Below the pieces are notes generated by a model. It saw nothing but the letters and a program-made list of their open reading frames with translations. It did not search any database and was not told the origin of the DNA. From the IMG/VR virus record IMGVR_UViG_3300049846_002945, positions 1-29,268 of that record: a stretch of 29,268 nt of DNA. One strand, written 5' to 3'. Both the position numbers and the translations under genes were made by a program. Origin of the DNA: a virus (Duplodnaviria; Caudoviricetes). Positions 8,726 through 16,190 of this stretch are shown in pieces (position 1 is the stretch's first letter; each line of letters begins with the position of its first letter).

Positions 8726-9026
8726 ATAGGAACATATAGGAACAGATAGGAACATAATGCCCAAATGTTCAGGTAGGAACAAATAGGAACAAGATAGGAA
8801 CACAGCTTAGTTCTTTGCTGTTCTTATTGTTCTTATTTAAATAGTAAAAAATTGTATAGAACTAATAGAGAAGAGAGAAAATGAAAATAAATATAAGAAG
8901 AAAAATATATAATCACCATATATAAGTACAGAGTACATACAGAACGAGGAACATATCGGAACGGATTGTTATAACTCATTAAAAATGAATGTGTTATATT
9001 GTGTTCTCATGCTTTTTGTTGGAACA
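8726..9026. repeat. putative replication origin: (A/G)TAGGAACA iterons, inverted partial copies and an AT-rich segment
   Basis: copies at 8726, 8736, 8746, 8773, 8783 and 8794; inverted TGTTCTT at 8819 and 8828; AT-rich ~8835-8935; further GAAC/GTTC copies at 8942-9026; directly after the primase-helicase gene. Confidence 0.75.
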
Positions 9027-9100
9027 AAATAAATGGCGCATGATTTTGCATCATGCGCCACGAGGAGGGTGGGGAGAAGAATTACACTGGGGCGGTATCA

Positions 9101-10657
9101 CTAACTATGCTGCTGCACCCAATCTTGAGCCTCAGCGAGTACGGCATGGCCAATATCATCAGGGGTGCCCATATCATCCGCAGCCGTAAACATCCTGGCA
9201 AGGAGTTCTTCGTCTTTCACCACAGTGAGCAGGTTTGTCAATTGGATCCTCCATGTGTGCCCATTCACTTGTGGCTCTGGCTCTTCGCCTTGCAAAGCCG
9301 ACAACATTGCCGACATCTCTTCTAGCCGTGTCCATGGTGGGCTATCCACCAGCTCTAATGCTGCTGCTCGCTGCGGATGCATCGATGAGAGATTTTGTGC
9401 TGTAGCGCGTAAGTCTGCGCGCAGAGCGGCGTAGCGGCTTGAGAAATTGGCAATGGTTGCGGCGTAGATATCGGGCCACTCTTCTTGGAAGCAGTTCTTG
9501 CCATTGCGTAACAGCTCAGCCACCAGCGGATAATCTGCTGCTATCGCAACAAGCCTTTCTGGGCTGGTGCTTAAATCCTGCCAGGTGCAATCCCAGAGCT
9601 GCTGAGGAATGCTTTGCAGTATAACTTGCGGCAGATTTTTATATTCCTGGTACAGTGCCCGATAGCGCTGGAGGCTTTCTTTGATGAGTGGGTTTTCTAG
9701 AGATACCTTGCTTTTCGCCTCAGAATTGCCCGTAGGCATTTTTGCAGCGTTATGTGATGCTTCCCCTGTATTAGTATTTTTTTCTTCTGTATGGCCTTCC
9801 TGGTGCGAAAAATTGGTCGCACGCGGTTCTCCGTACAGCTCTGCCGCCAGGATGGCTAAATGCTCTCCGGGTGGCAGTGCTTCCGCTTCCGGCTGTGCCA
9901 TCAAGAGTACACGCTGGTCTGCCGCAGCAAGTATCTGCCGTGGCGTGTATTTTGGCCACAGAACAGGCACGGTAAACTGAAGTGTGGTGCTTTGTTGGCG
10001 TTTTTGCTCCTGATTGTCTGTGAGCCAGCGCTTTACTGCGCGATGCTCAAGGCGCAGAGTCGCCTCGATGATCTGGTGTTGGGCCATCTGGAGCATTTCC
10101 AGGGAACCTAATAACTCAGCTGTGGCGTAGTAGCCTTTTGTTTCGAGGCGCCAGACGCCCATGCCTGGGAGATCCGGCAGGAGCACATTGAGCCGGCAAA
10201 TGCGCGCACAGGCTTTGCCGTCTTTGGCTTGCTCAGCACGTTCTTTGTCGTCGACAGGGCAGGAACATTCTGTGCCGACCAATGCCTCATTAAGTGGGCA
10301 ATGGGTGATAAAGCTCCCGGTACAGCGGAGCGTACAGCCACCAGCGCTCCATTGCTCGTATTGCACAGAGACGGCGCTGGCAGTAGGCACCAACACGTCC
10401 ATAGAATTTACGGCAGTATAAAGTTCGTATTGTCCCTCTGGGGCATTGTCGCCCTCCCACCGGGTGACCTCGCCGCCATAGAGATTAGCGGCAAAAAAGA
10501 GCAGTGGTTTGTTGGAAGATGTGAGGCGGAACGTCGCAAGTTTTCGAGGCCGTGTGATCATTTTTTTCGGGTCCCTACGGCTTGGGATGGTTTCTTGATC
10601 TCCGAGCCGTATCCGTCCCAGCTCGGTGATTTTTTTAGGCAGCAGTCGTTCGCTCAT
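9101..10657 (-). CDS. Gp3-like (recombination directionality factor family) protein with long C-terminal extension
   Basis: ELGRIRLG, RPRKLATFRLTS, LYGG, YEQW..G.C..RC.G, RLNVLLPDLPG.GVWRLETKGYYA. Confidence 0.7.
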   Translation of the reverse strand: MSERLLPKKITELGRIRLGDQETIPSRRDPKKMITRPRKLATFRLTSSNKPLLFFAANLYGGEVTRWEGDNAPEGQYELYTAVNSMDVLVPTASAVSVQYEQWSAGGCTLRCTGSFITHCPLNEALVGTECSCPVDDKERAEQAKDGKACARICRLNVLLPDLPGMGVWRLETKGYYATAELLGSLEMLQMAQHQIIEATLRLEHRAVKRWLTDNQEQKRQQSTTLQFTVPVLWPKYTPRQILAAADQRVLLMAQPEAEALPPGEHLAILAAELYGEPRATNFSHQEGHTEEKNTNTGEASHNAAKMPTGNSEAKSKVSLENPLIKESLQRYRALYQEYKNLPQVILQSIPQQLWDCTWQDLSTSPERLVAIAADYPLVAELLRNGKNCFQEEWPDIYAATIANFSSRYAALRADLRATAQNLSSMHPQRAAALELVDSPPWTRLEEMSAMLSALQGEEPEPQVNGHTWRIQLTNLLTVVKDEELLARMFTAADDMGTPDDIGHAVLAEAQDWVQQHS

Positions 10658-10776
10658 GGTGTATTCCTCTTGTTCATTGCGTAGGAGTGGTGTATTTTTT
10701 TACATCCTGGCTATTGTGTAGTGGTGTGTTCCCGATGTGCGGAGCCTCTTTCGCATCCTAGAGGCTCCGTATGTGG

Positions 10777-11019
10777 CTAGTTCAGCGAGAGCGGAATGTA
10801 ATGTTCGTCGCCGATCGCTGCGGCGACAAGCGGGTAATTACGACGGGGCCATTGTCGGAATTCTCGCTCGGCGAGGGAGTTTAGATTATTAGAACGAGTC
10901 ACCTGCTCTTGTAGGCTGGCATGTATATATCTCTCTCTTTGAAGAGAGAGATAGTGGTCATGTTGCGCCTCCAGCTCGGCAAGGCGCCGTTTGGTAGCTT
11001 TTTTTCTGCTTTCTCTCAT
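10777..11019 (-). CDS. hypothetical protein
   Basis: 80 aa ORF; ATGA overlap with the upstream gene. Confidence 0.55.
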   Translation of the reverse strand: MRESRKKATKRRLAELEAQHDHYLSLQRERYIHASLQEQVTRSNNLNSLAEREFRQWPRRNYPLVAAAIGDEHYIPLSLN

Positions 11020-11162
11020 TCTTCACCATCCTTTTTCCACCAATAAATATTATCGACTGCGTGGCCTATCAACCGCTGTAACACCAATACGAAAGAAATA
11101 ACAAGCACGATAGAAATCGCTAGAAAACTTAAAATAATCGCTATATAGCCTAAAACTTGCAT
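11016..11162 (-). CDS. small single-pass membrane protein (48 aa, absent from the ORF track)
   Basis: MQVLGYIAIILSFLAISIVLVISFVLVLQRLIGHAVDNIYWWKKDGEE; abuts or overlaps both neighbours. Confidence 0.6.
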   Translation of the reverse strand: MQVLGYIAIILSFLAISIVLVISFVLVLQRLIGHAVDNIYWWKKDGEE

Positions 11163-11345
11163 CTAATTTACACCCCCCTGGCACAGCATAGGATCAGTAA
11201 TAATTCCCCAGCGCGCACCATCTGGTGGACCTTTTTGCACCAATAGGCTTGCTAGTTCAGTTAACCAGATGCATTCTTCCAGGGATTGCTCTGGCGCCAG
11301 ATAATGCATGCCTGGCGTTAAAGTCCAGGAAAAACTTTCAGGCAT
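11163..11345 (-). CDS. hypothetical protein
   Basis: 60 aa; AAGGAG RBS; fills the operon. Confidence 0.55.
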   Translation of the reverse strand: MPESFSWTLTPGMHYLAPEQSLEECIWLTELASLLVQKGPPDGARWGIITDPMLCQGGVN

Positions 11346-11517
11346 CTTTTTCTCCTTCTTTCTGATGGATTAGCGCTTTGTCAGTGGCTATCAGCCGATG
11401 AATTTCATACGCCAGTGATTCAAGCGCGACTAGTCTAGGATAGGGCTCGGAACTATTTAAGCCTTCTAGTAAATCAATAGCCAAAAGTAAAAAATCACGA
11501 TGTGATTGTGTAGACAT
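11338..11517 (-). CDS. hypothetical protein (59 aa, absent from the ORF track)
   Basis: MSTQSHRDFLLLAIDLLEGL...EGEKDA; AGGAG RBS; overlaps the next start. Confidence 0.55.
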   Translation of the reverse strand: MSTQSHRDFLLLAIDLLEGLNSSEPYPRLVALESLAYEIHRLIATDKALIHQKEGEKDA

Positions 11518-11616
11518 AATGCTCCTAATATGCGCCCATAATTGGGCGCAGCAGAAAGTGATTATAAATTCACGGTTTCGTAGTGGAGGTTGCGATGATG
11601 AGTAGCATAAAAACTC

Positions 11617-11958
11617 CTATTCCATATCGCCGAACCGTTTATAATATTCAGTGATTATTTCGCGTATGTGGTTGATATTTTTACAGTCAATCCCTCGGTC
11701 GTTGTCCCAGGTAGCTCTGCGGACGATGAACCATTCTGGAGTGATTTTGCTTACAATCCAATTATTCCAAGAGGCGGAGACTTCGCCTTGTGGAATATAG
11801 GACTTGAAAATTTCTTCGATTAAAGCCTTTTCAGACTCGCTGATATTTTCCGATTGAGGTGTGTAGACTTCACCACCCTCATTCAGCAAGGTGGCGTGCT
11901 TGCGCTGGTCCGCTTTCAAAGAAGCAATCTCTATCCTTATGTCTTGTGCCGTTTTCAT
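11617..11958 (-). CDS. hypothetical protein, first gene after promoter P1
   Basis: 113 aa ORF with purine-rich RBS. Confidence 0.7.
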   Translation of the reverse strand: MKTAQDIRIEIASLKADQRKHATLLNEGGEVYTPQSENISESEKALIEEIFKSYIPQGEVSASWNNWIVSKITPEWFIVRRATWDNDRGIDCKNINHIREIITEYYKRFGDME

Positions 11959-11994
11959 CTTCTACCCTTTCCTCTTGTTGGCGTTCACTCTCAC

Positions 11995-12034
11995 TTGGTA
12001 TATATAATATACCAATATCTGAGAATATATGCAA
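11995..12034 (-). promoter_or_regulatory. promoter P1 with palindromic operator overlapping the -10
   Basis: TTGCAT-17-TATATT; TTGGTATAT-ATA-ATATACCAA at 11995-12015. Confidence 0.7.
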
Positions 12035-12054
12035 GAGGAGGAAAGAGAAATTTT

Positions 12055-12453
12055 TCACAATTTCAGCCAGCGCGATACTGCCGATTGCGCGACCTGAAGC
12101 TGCTGCGCAATTGCGCGAAGTGTTAAGCCTTGCTGGCGTAGCCGCTTGGCTTTCTGTACCCTGGCGTCCTCTACCGTGATCCGTGGCCGGCCAACAGATG
12201 CTACTAGCTTTTCTGTTTGTTTTGGTACTTTGGCGGGAGCGTTCTGCTCTGCCACCAAGCGTGCCAAATGGAGTACTTGCGGGCTGATGCCATTGATACC
12301 GGCTTCCCATGCGCCATAAGTGGTCTTGTCGGCATCCATTCTCCTGGCCATCTCGGCCTTGGATATAGCCAGAGATTGCCGGATGGCTATAAATTCTTGG
12401 CGCCGCTTTTCCTGAGCAGTGCGCTGGGCTGCTGTGCGGGGAGTTTTAGGCAT
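12055..12453 (-). CDS. XRE-family HTH regulator with a second C-terminal Hin-like HTH
   Basis: IRQSLAISKAEMARRM...TYGAWEAG; GRPR followed by LRQQGLTLRAIAQQLQVAQSAVSRWL. Confidence 0.85.
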   Translation of the reverse strand: MPKTPRTAAQRTAQEKRRQEFIAIRQSLAISKAEMARRMDADKTTYGAWEAGINGISPQVLHLARLVAEQNAPAKVPKQTEKLVASVGRPRITVEDARVQKAKRLRQQGLTLRAIAQQLQVAQSAVSRWLKL

Positions 12454-12682
12454 AGCTCTCTTCCTTAAAATGCTCCTCGGCTTCGCTTAAAGCGACACCT
12501 CTGGACCGGAGCTCTAGTCGCATTAAAAGCTTAATAATATGGCAGAGCATGCGGACGGCGAACGCCACAAAATCGCTCTCACGTTGGCGATTTAAGATTG
12601 CCGTCTGAATGCGCTGCCGACGATGGCAAATGTAGTAGGCGTGCTGGTATGCCTTGCGCTGCTCGGGGCTGGCATGGGGCAT
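12446..12682 (-). CDS. hypothetical protein
   Basis: 78 aa; AAGGA RBS; overlaps the HTH gene start. Confidence 0.55.
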   Translation of the reverse strand: MPHASPEQRKAYQHAYYICHRRQRIQTAILNRQRESDFVAFAVRMLCHIIKLLMRLELRSRGVALSEAEEHFKEESYA

Positions 12683-12695
12683 GGCTGGTTCCTTT

Positions 12696-12974
12696 CTATC
12701 GGCTCATTACTGATGAACCGCGCGTGTAAAAAGCCAGTTGCGCTGCATAAGGCGCATCTTTTTCTGCATACCGCGCTATGATTTCCTCTGGCACTCCGAT
12801 CGGAGCATAGTAGTGCCAGGAAAAGCCACCAGAACCTTGCATGAGCGCACTCGACTCGATGCCAGCCTCTTGGCAGGCCGCCTGAATGCTTTCTTCCGTG
12901 CGGCAGTGATGGGCATGGTGGAACTGGGCGCGCACGATGTCTGACAATCCTGGGAGGTCTTTTACGATTTCCAT
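12696..12974 (-). CDS. hypothetical protein
   Basis: 92 aa; AAGGAG RBS. Confidence 0.65.
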   Translation of the reverse strand: MEIVKDLPGLSDIVRAQFHHAHHCRTEESIQAACQEAGIESSALMQGSGGFSWHYYAPIGVPEEIIARYAEKDAPYAAQLAFYTRGSSVMSR

Positions 12975-13068
12975 GATGTTCTCCTTGTGTTATTTTTCGC
13001 TTTCTGCGTCTCCGCATGGGCTTGCAACCAGGCTGCCGCATTACAGGGCCGTAGCCCTGTGCTCTGCG

Positions 13069-13527
13069 CTATCTTGCTAGGCCGCCTTCATCGGCGTAGG
13101 AATAATACTGGTCTGTGCCATCGCCAAGAATAATATGATCCAGAACATCTATGCCTAAGATTCTTCCAGCTTCTTTGAGCCGTGCTGTCACTTCGTTGTC
13201 TTCTCTAGATGGCGTGGGGTCACCGCTAGGATGGTTGTGGCAAAGCACAATCGCTGCGGCATTGCTAATAATTGCAGGTTTGAAAACTTCTCTAGGGTGC
13301 ACAACAGACGCGCTAATACTACCGATGGATACGATATTTAATCCGATGACTTTGTGTTTTTTATCAACCATTGCAACCGCAAAATGCTCTCTATCGACGC
13401 CATCAAGCAAAACCCGAAAGATTGCTGCCGCATCATTTGATGACCGAATTTGTTTCTGTGGAACTGCTACGCCACTATCACGAACTAATGACACTTTGTG
13501 GACTGAAATTTTATATTCTGTAGTCAT
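13069..13527 (-). CDS. RadC-like JAB/MPN domain protein (stand-alone)
   Basis: DREHF, SIGSISASVVHPREVFK, HNHPSGDPTPSRED, LGIDVLDHII. Confidence 0.93.
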   Translation of the reverse strand: MTTEYKISVHKVSLVRDSGVAVPQKQIRSSNDAAAIFRVLLDGVDREHFAVAMVDKKHKVIGLNIVSIGSISASVVHPREVFKPAIISNAAAIVLCHNHPSGDPTPSREDNEVTARLKEAGRILGIDVLDHIILGDGTDQYYSYADEGGLAR

Positions 13528-13551
13528 CTCTTTCCCCTTTCTTTCCCCTTC

Positions 13552-13740
13552 TTAGTTTTTCTTTGCCACCAACGCCAGGACCGCTTGTCCCAGTTCGCTC
13601 TCTTCCGACACGCCGTAGAACGCCAGGGCTTTTGGTTGGCCTTCCGCCACAAAGCGCTGCATCGACTCTGCGATGTTGCGTGCTTGCTTTGCCAGACTGG
13701 CAGTGCGGGCGTTATGGGTGCCAAAAGCCTTGCGTGCCAT
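13552..13740 (-). CDS. hypothetical protein, first gene after promoter P2
   Basis: AGGAGG RBS, MARKAFGTH...; alternative GTG start at 13746. Confidence 0.65.
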   Translation of the reverse strand: MARKAFGTHNARTASLAKQARNIAESMQRFVAEGQPKALAFYGVSEESELGQAVLALVAKKN

Positions 13741-13791
13741 GATCACATCCTCCTGGTTACCATCCCGTTTTATCCATCAAACTTGTATATA

Positions 13792-13820
13792 ATATTACAG
13801 TATATATTATATACTGTCAA
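13792..13820 (-). promoter_or_regulatory. promoter P2 with perfect 21-bp palindrome in the spacer
   Basis: TTGACA-17-TAATAT; ACAGTATATA-T-TATATACTGT at 13797-13817. Confidence 0.75.
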
Positions 13821-13824
13821 GCAG

Positions 13825-13848
13825 AAAAAACAGGACGTTGCTGCCCTG
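13825..13848 (-). terminator. intrinsic terminator after the SWIM gene
   Basis: minus strand CAGGGC-AGCAAC-GTCCTG followed by T6. Confidence 0.55.
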
Positions 13849-13856
13849 CCGCTCGG

Positions 13857-14633
13857 CTAGTCTGCCAATTCTTCGAACGAGCACAAATCAATCCCTAAGG
13901 CATCTCTGAGCGCTCTAGTTTTTGCCCTGGTTGCTGCCATGCGGATGAAATGTGGTCTGACTCTCGCGCTAATGTTCTCTGGGGTGGCATCACCGATCTC
14001 GGTAAATACCATCCCATTTTGGAATGTCGCCGTTGCTCTGGCTACAGCCAGCTCTGGGCTAACGCTAATCAGTTCGACCACCAGAGATTGCAGTTCGTGC
14101 TGGTGTGCGAGCGCCAGCAGCCCAGCATAGCGCACGAAGGGCTGGCCATGAATGGTAACAATATGTCTACGAAGGACATCTGGCACGCTTGGCTCCAGAG
14201 CATCTTGTTGATGATGTGTGCATGCGCTGCCGCTGGCGCTACAAGGCGTGCCGTCCATGTCCACCGGCATCCAGCACATTGCTGGAGCCTGGGCATCTAT
14301 CTCAGTGAGGCGCTGCACGGTGCGCCGATAGAGCCAGCTCGCCAAAATATGCTTGCAGACCATTTCAGGGTCTGCGGGCTGACGCTGCTGGTAGTCTGGG
14401 CACGTGCAGGCATCCTCCACTACCTCGTACCCATCGCCTCCTGACTGCGAGGCCACTCGCCAGGCACCCTTGACGAGCGCGGATGGCTGCACGCCGCCAG
14501 AGAGAGCGATTTCTACAGCTTTGACCAGACGGCCATTGGCTTCCGGGAGGCGCTTGCGCGCACACTCCGCGATCTGGCCAATGGTGGTGAAATATTGGGG
14601 ATGACGGATGATATCGGAATGTGCTATCGTCAT
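13857..14633 (-). CDS. SWIM zinc-finger protein fused to a Rad52/single-strand-annealing-like C-terminal domain
   Basis: CTCPDY...CKHILA SWIM motif; FVRYAGLL...ARATAT...IGDA...IRMAATRAKTRALRDALG; start moved to ATG 14633 with AAGGAG RBS. Confidence 0.7.
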   Translation of the reverse strand: MTIAHSDIIRHPQYFTTIGQIAECARKRLPEANGRLVKAVEIALSGGVQPSALVKGAWRVASQSGGDGYEVVEDACTCPDYQQRQPADPEMVCKHILASWLYRRTVQRLTEIDAQAPAMCWMPVDMDGTPCSASGSACTHHQQDALEPSVPDVLRRHIVTIHGQPFVRYAGLLALAHQHELQSLVVELISVSPELAVARATATFQNGMVFTEIGDATPENISARVRPHFIRMAATRAKTRALRDALGIDLCSFEELAD

Positions 14634-14715
14634 GGAAATATCTCCTTGCTCAGGTATCGGCCAGGGGGAAATATGGGCGCCCAGGGAGTAGAGGCTTTGG
14701 GCGCCCAAAATATTT

Positions 14716-14928
14716 TTAGCGCTCTCTAGCCATGCGCCAGGAACTATTGCACACCAGCGCCGCCAGGCTACCCATCTTCTCATCACTAGCCCTGCGTTCC
14801 TCAGTGTGGCGTTTGTGCCACATGGCGAACTGTTCCGCTTCCTCTCTGGTATTGAAAACGTGACGGTTGCCAACGCGGTCGTACTGTACGAAGACTTGGA
14901 CTTTGGGTTTGCGGTTTGTCGTTCTCAT
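14716..14928 (-). CDS. hypothetical protein, first gene after promoter P3
   Basis: 70 aa; GAGGGAG RBS. Confidence 0.65.
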   Translation of the reverse strand: MRTTNRKPKVQVFVQYDRVGNRHVFNTREEAEQFAMWHKRHTEERRASDEKMGSLAALVCNSSWRMARER

Positions 14929-14974
14929 CGTTGTCTCCCTCTTGGTTAGCGGTTCGTTTAATCAATCTATATAT

Positions 14975-15003
14975 AATATATCGTATATATTATATATAGT
15001 CAA
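14975..15003 (-). promoter_or_regulatory. promoter P3 with operator (one mismatch)
   Basis: TTGACT-17-TATATT; GTATAT-ATT-ATATAT at 14983-14997. Confidence 0.75.
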
Positions 15004-15019
15004 GGGGGATTTTTGGATT

Positions 15020-15220
15020 CTATTCCCAACCCCCTGCATCGTGGCTTATCTCCGCGGCATATATCGCTTCAACCATGTCTTCGTAAGCGTTAGAGTACAC
15101 AGAGTCACCGTCATAATCTGACGGCTCCCAATACCACAGATCTGCAAACGCATTGTAGTATTTTGTCTCAAAACCTGCGAACACTCGATAGCTACTGCCA
15201 TTGTAATGTCTTGTTTCCAT
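15020..15220 (-). CDS. small acidic, aromatic-rich hypothetical protein (66 aa)
   Basis: METRHYNG...WYWEPSDYDGDSVYSNAY; AAGGAG RBS; start moved to 15220. Confidence 0.7.
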   Translation of the reverse strand: METRHYNGSSYRVFAGFETKYYNAFADLWYWEPSDYDGDSVYSNAYEDMVEAIYAAEISHDAGGWE

Positions 15221-15221
15221 G

Positions 15222-15638
15222 TTATTCTCCTTGCATGCAGGCTGCCCAACTGGCCCGCGCTGCCATGATGCTTTTTGCTTGAGCCATATCAAGCTTTTTG
15301 CTTGTGCATGCACTGATATGGCTCACAATCATCTCTGCCGTCAAGCCGTGGTTGCGATAGGTAGCTACGGCATGGGCAAAGTCCTCAACACTACGATTGC
15401 CACGGCTACTATTACAGGTGTGGCAACATGTCACGAGATTGCTCTCGTGATTGCTGCCGCCCAAGCTGTGGGGTGTCACGTGATCTAAGGTCATCTGGGC
15501 GCCATCTTCAACGCCCAGACCGCAGTAGCAGCACGCAAGACCATCGCGCAAGTAAATAGCCAGGCGTTTGGGCTTACGAATCCAGTTCATCCCCTGCCCT
15601 TGGCCATTACTCTTGCTGTGTCTGTCTACTGCCGCCAT
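15222..15638 (-). CDS. HNH endonuclease
   Basis: IYLRDGLACCYCG, LDHVTP..GGSN..SNLVTCCHTCN; start at ATG 15638 with AGGGAG RBS. Confidence 0.88.
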   Translation of the reverse strand: MAAVDRHSKSNGQGQGMNWIRKPKRLAIYLRDGLACCYCGLGVEDGAQMTLDHVTPHSLGGSNHESNLVTCCHTCNSSRGNRSVEDFAHAVATYRNHGLTAEMIVSHISACTSKKLDMAQAKSIMAARASWAACMQGE

Positions 15639-15681
15639 CGTCGTGTCTCCCTGATTTGGTTCATTCAATCAATCTGTATAG

Positions 15682-15710
15682 AATATAGTGTATATATTAT
15701 ATACTGTCAA
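15682..15710 (-). promoter_or_regulatory. promoter P4 with operator
   Basis: TTGACA-17-TATATT; GTATAT-ATT-ATATAC at 15690-15704. Confidence 0.78.
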
Positions 15711-15733
15711 TGGGGATTTTTAGAGTACATAAG

Positions 15734-15772
15734 AAAAAAAAGAGCAGAGCATCAGCGCTCTGCTCTTTTTTT
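15734..15772 (-). terminator. intrinsic terminator (symmetric, possibly bidirectional)
   Basis: A-tract, GAGCAGAGC-ATCAGC-GCTCTGCTC, T-tract, right after the stop of 15771..15980. Confidence 0.8.
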
Positions 15773-15980
15773 ATTTGATATAGCTTTTGTGCAAGAGAAC
15801 TGTATGCCCAAAGCTGAGAAAGCAGCATGAGCATTCCGCTATATAACCTTCAGATTTTTTGTGCACTGGCGAGACATCCTGACTTGATAGGCAAGAGATG
15901 ATTTCTACATCTCCCGATGGCGTGCGGTCGTGACGCGCCCAGCCTGCACCGATACGGTAGGATTTCCCTGGCGTATTCAT
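15771..15980 (-). CDS. small Cys/His-containing hypothetical protein (69 aa)
   Basis: MNTPGKSY...H...CSCC...GH...H; AAGGA RBS; start moved to 15980, downstream of P5. Confidence 0.65.
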   Translation of the reverse strand: MNTPGKSYRIGAGWARHDRTPSGDVEIISCLSSQDVSPVHKKSEGYIAECSCCFLSFGHTVLLHKSYIK

Positions 15981-16031
15981 TGTGTTTTCCTTTCTTGTAT
16001 AGTTGATAGTTTGTTCATCTAAGATGTAGAT

Positions 16032-16060
16032 AATATAGTATATTTTATATACCGAGTCAA
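16032..16060 (-). promoter_or_regulatory. promoter P5 with operator
   Basis: TTGACT-17-TATATT; GTATAT-TTT-ATATAC at 16038-16052. Confidence 0.75.
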
Positions 16061-16111
16061 GACATAAATAGAAAATAGCGTACATGATTTTTGCATATTT
16101 TTCTTGTCGTC

Positions 16112-16141
16112 TTGACGCCATGCTTGGCAAAGCTTTATCCT
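16112..16141 (+). promoter_or_regulatory. possible rightward promoter for the structural arm
   Basis: TTGACG-18-TATCCT upstream of ATG 16191. Confidence 0.35.
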
Positions 16142-16190
16142 GTAAGAGAGATTGTGTATTTTCCCTTGGTTTTTCAAGAAGGAGCGCCAT

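Noticed and set aside
8726-8802. short direct repeats as a CRISPR array or LexA boxes
   Set aside because: repeats are 9 bp with 1-2 bp gaps, no spacers and no cas genes; a single GAAC-N7-GAAC match is a by-product of the iteron spacing
11570-11608. 12-codon ORF MLLIIATSTTKP with AGGAG RBS on the minus strand
   Set aside because: too short to support; may be chance or a gene remnant
13797-13817. E. coli-type SOS box
   Set aside because: half-sites are in the opposite orientation (ACAG...CTGT) with the wrong spacing, and the CAG/CTG flanks are not conserved in the other four copies
14634-14873. N-terminal 80 aa of the 338 aa ORF
   Set aside because: overlaps the 14716..14928 gene and a hairpin; better RBS at ATG 14633
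15222-15638. HNH as terminase-associated packaging nuclease or intron-encoded homing enzyme
   Set aside because: on the opposite strand, ~7 kb from terminase, under an early-type promoter, and no interrupted host gene flanks it
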